Assembly: GCA_001790445.1 (NCBI GenBank)
Contig: MGCQ01000009.1
Location: forward strand, 33,799-79,490
DNA: 45,692 bases
Direction of reading: 5' to 3'
From: Candidatus Saccharibacteria bacterium RIFCSPHIGHO2_12_FULL_41_12
GTDB taxonomy: Bacteria; Patescibacteriota; Saccharimonadia; Saccharimonadales; 2-12-FULL-41-12
The position numbers were made by a program, and so were the translations under genes. The notes beneath the pieces were generated by a model that made no database searches, had not been told where the DNA came from, and saw only the letters and a program-made list of their open reading frames with translations. Numbering within the stretch: position 1 is the first letter of the stretch; each line of letters opens with the position of its first letter. Shown in pieces: positions 44,851 through 45,692 of the stretch.

Positions 44851-45692
44851 TAAAAACTCGAAACTTCTGTATTGTGGCACACATCGACCATGGCAAGAGT
44901 ACTTTGGCAGATCGCCTACTTGAAATGACAGGTACAGTAAATAAACGTGACATGAAAGCCCAGCTTCTTGACAAGATGGATCTAGAGCGAGAGAAGGGCA
45001 TTACTATCAAGCTTGCCCCCGTGAGGATGCTCTACAAACATCCTCCAAATCCGAAATCCGAAATCCGAAATCCGAAACAAATTAGAAATTCGAATAATTT
45101 AAACACGCGAGGTTTAGAATTTAGTGCTTCTGATTTAGGATTTGAGCAAATTGAGTATCAACTCAATTTGATAGATACTCCGGGCCACGTGGACTTCAGC
45201 TACGAAGTGTCGCGGAGTTTGCAGGCGTGCGAGGGGGCGCTTTTGATTGTTGATGCTTCACAAGGCGTTCAAGCTCAGACTTTGGCGAATCTTTATCTCG
45301 CCATGGAAGCAAATCTGACGATAATTCCCGTGCTTAACAAAATTGATTTGCTGGCAGCGGATATAGAAAAAGTCAGCAAAGAAGTGATCAGTCTGGTTGG
45401 TTGTACGCAGGAGGATATTCTTTTGATCTCTGCCAAAACCGGCGAGGGCGTCGACCAAGTCCTCGACCAGATTGTTGAGAAGATTGCTTCGCCAAAGGGT
45501 AATCCAAAGAGCGAGACCAGAGCTTTGATATTTGACAGTTATTACGATGATTACAGAGGTGTGATTCTCTACGTCAGGATTATTGATGGGCAAATAGCAA
45601 AAAATTCCAATATAGTGATGATGGCAACAAATGCAGAAGGTATAGCTCTAGAAGTAGGAGCATTAAGTCCCAACATGATCCAGGGTGCCACC
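44847..45692 (+). CDS. lepA: Elongation factor 4 (LepA), N-terminal 282 aa; the gene continues past the window end
   Basis: Hand translation gives [26 protein letters not shown]...GITIK...[36 protein letters not shown]...NKIDL. The ATG overlaps the murJ TGA (ATGA). It is absent from the ORF track because there is no in-window stop. Confidence 0.95.
   Translation, partial: MIKTRNFCIVAHIDHGKSTLADRLLEMTGTVNKRDMKAQLLDKMDLEREKGITIKLAPVRMLYKHPPNPKSEIRNPKQIRNSNNLNTRGLEFSASDLGFEQIEYQLNLIDTPGHVDFSYEVSRSLQACEGALLIVDASQGVQAQTLANLYLAMEANLTIIPVLNKIDLLAADIEKVSKEVISLVGCTQEDILLISAKTGEGVDQVLDQIVEKIASPKGNPKSETRALIFDSYYDDYRGVILYVRIIDGQIAKNSNIVMMATNAEGIALEVGALSPNMIQGAT
45047..45074 (+). repeat. Four tandem copies of the heptamer AAATCCG inside lepA
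   Basis: Read directly: AAATCCG AAATCCG AAATCCG AAATCCG, followed by AAAC. The unit length is not a multiple of three. Confidence 0.9.

Noticed and set aside
45047-45074. The short tandem repeat considered as a CRISPR array or intergenic satellite.
   Set aside because: The units are 7 nt with no spacers, and they lie inside the lepA reading frame. There is no CRISPR-like repeat-spacer architecture anywhere in the window.

Overview
This is a compact, gene-dense, fairly AT-rich bacterial chromosome segment with about 50 protein genes and 3 tRNAs. I found no rRNA and no CRISPR array.

**Likely origin (inference only).** The gene content fits a reduced-genome Patescibacteria/CPR organism, possibly Saccharibacteria-like. 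It has an archaeal-type AspRS, a short TilS, a FemAB-type transferase alongside MurC/MurJ/UppP, DsbA plus VKOR, many N-terminally anchored orphan surface proteins and very short spacers.

**Housekeeping blocks.**
- galU-glmS-glycosyltransferase-sugar transferase
- gtrA / lexA-like / uppP
- aspS
- murC and a femX-like gene
- dus
- tilS-ftsH-murJ-lepA

**Accessory content.** One intact IS481-family insertion sequence with a target-site duplication, and an orphan histidine kinase followed by an ABC-2 exporter.

**No recognisable multi-gene defence or mobile system is visible.** The observations most worth following are:
1. A cobalamin-riboswitch-like leader in front of an orphan 516-aa zinc-ribbon protein translationally abutted to a NadD-like gene. 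This is the best candidate for something undescribed.
2. Two degenerate copies of the 3' end of the initiator-like tRNA, plus a long hairpin, in the 350 bp downstream of that tRNA.
3. A 168-bp element with perfect 21-bp terminal inverted repeats upstream of the kinase. It shares an 11-mer with locus 2.
4. An in-frame ~100-bp palindromic, heptamer-repeat insertion inside the lepA G domain.
5. Recurrent -10 boxes 6-8 nt upstream of ATG codons, suggesting widespread leaderless mRNAs.
6. An orphan Cys-motif protein between two CAU tRNAs.

All functional calls come from reading the translations. No database search was run.
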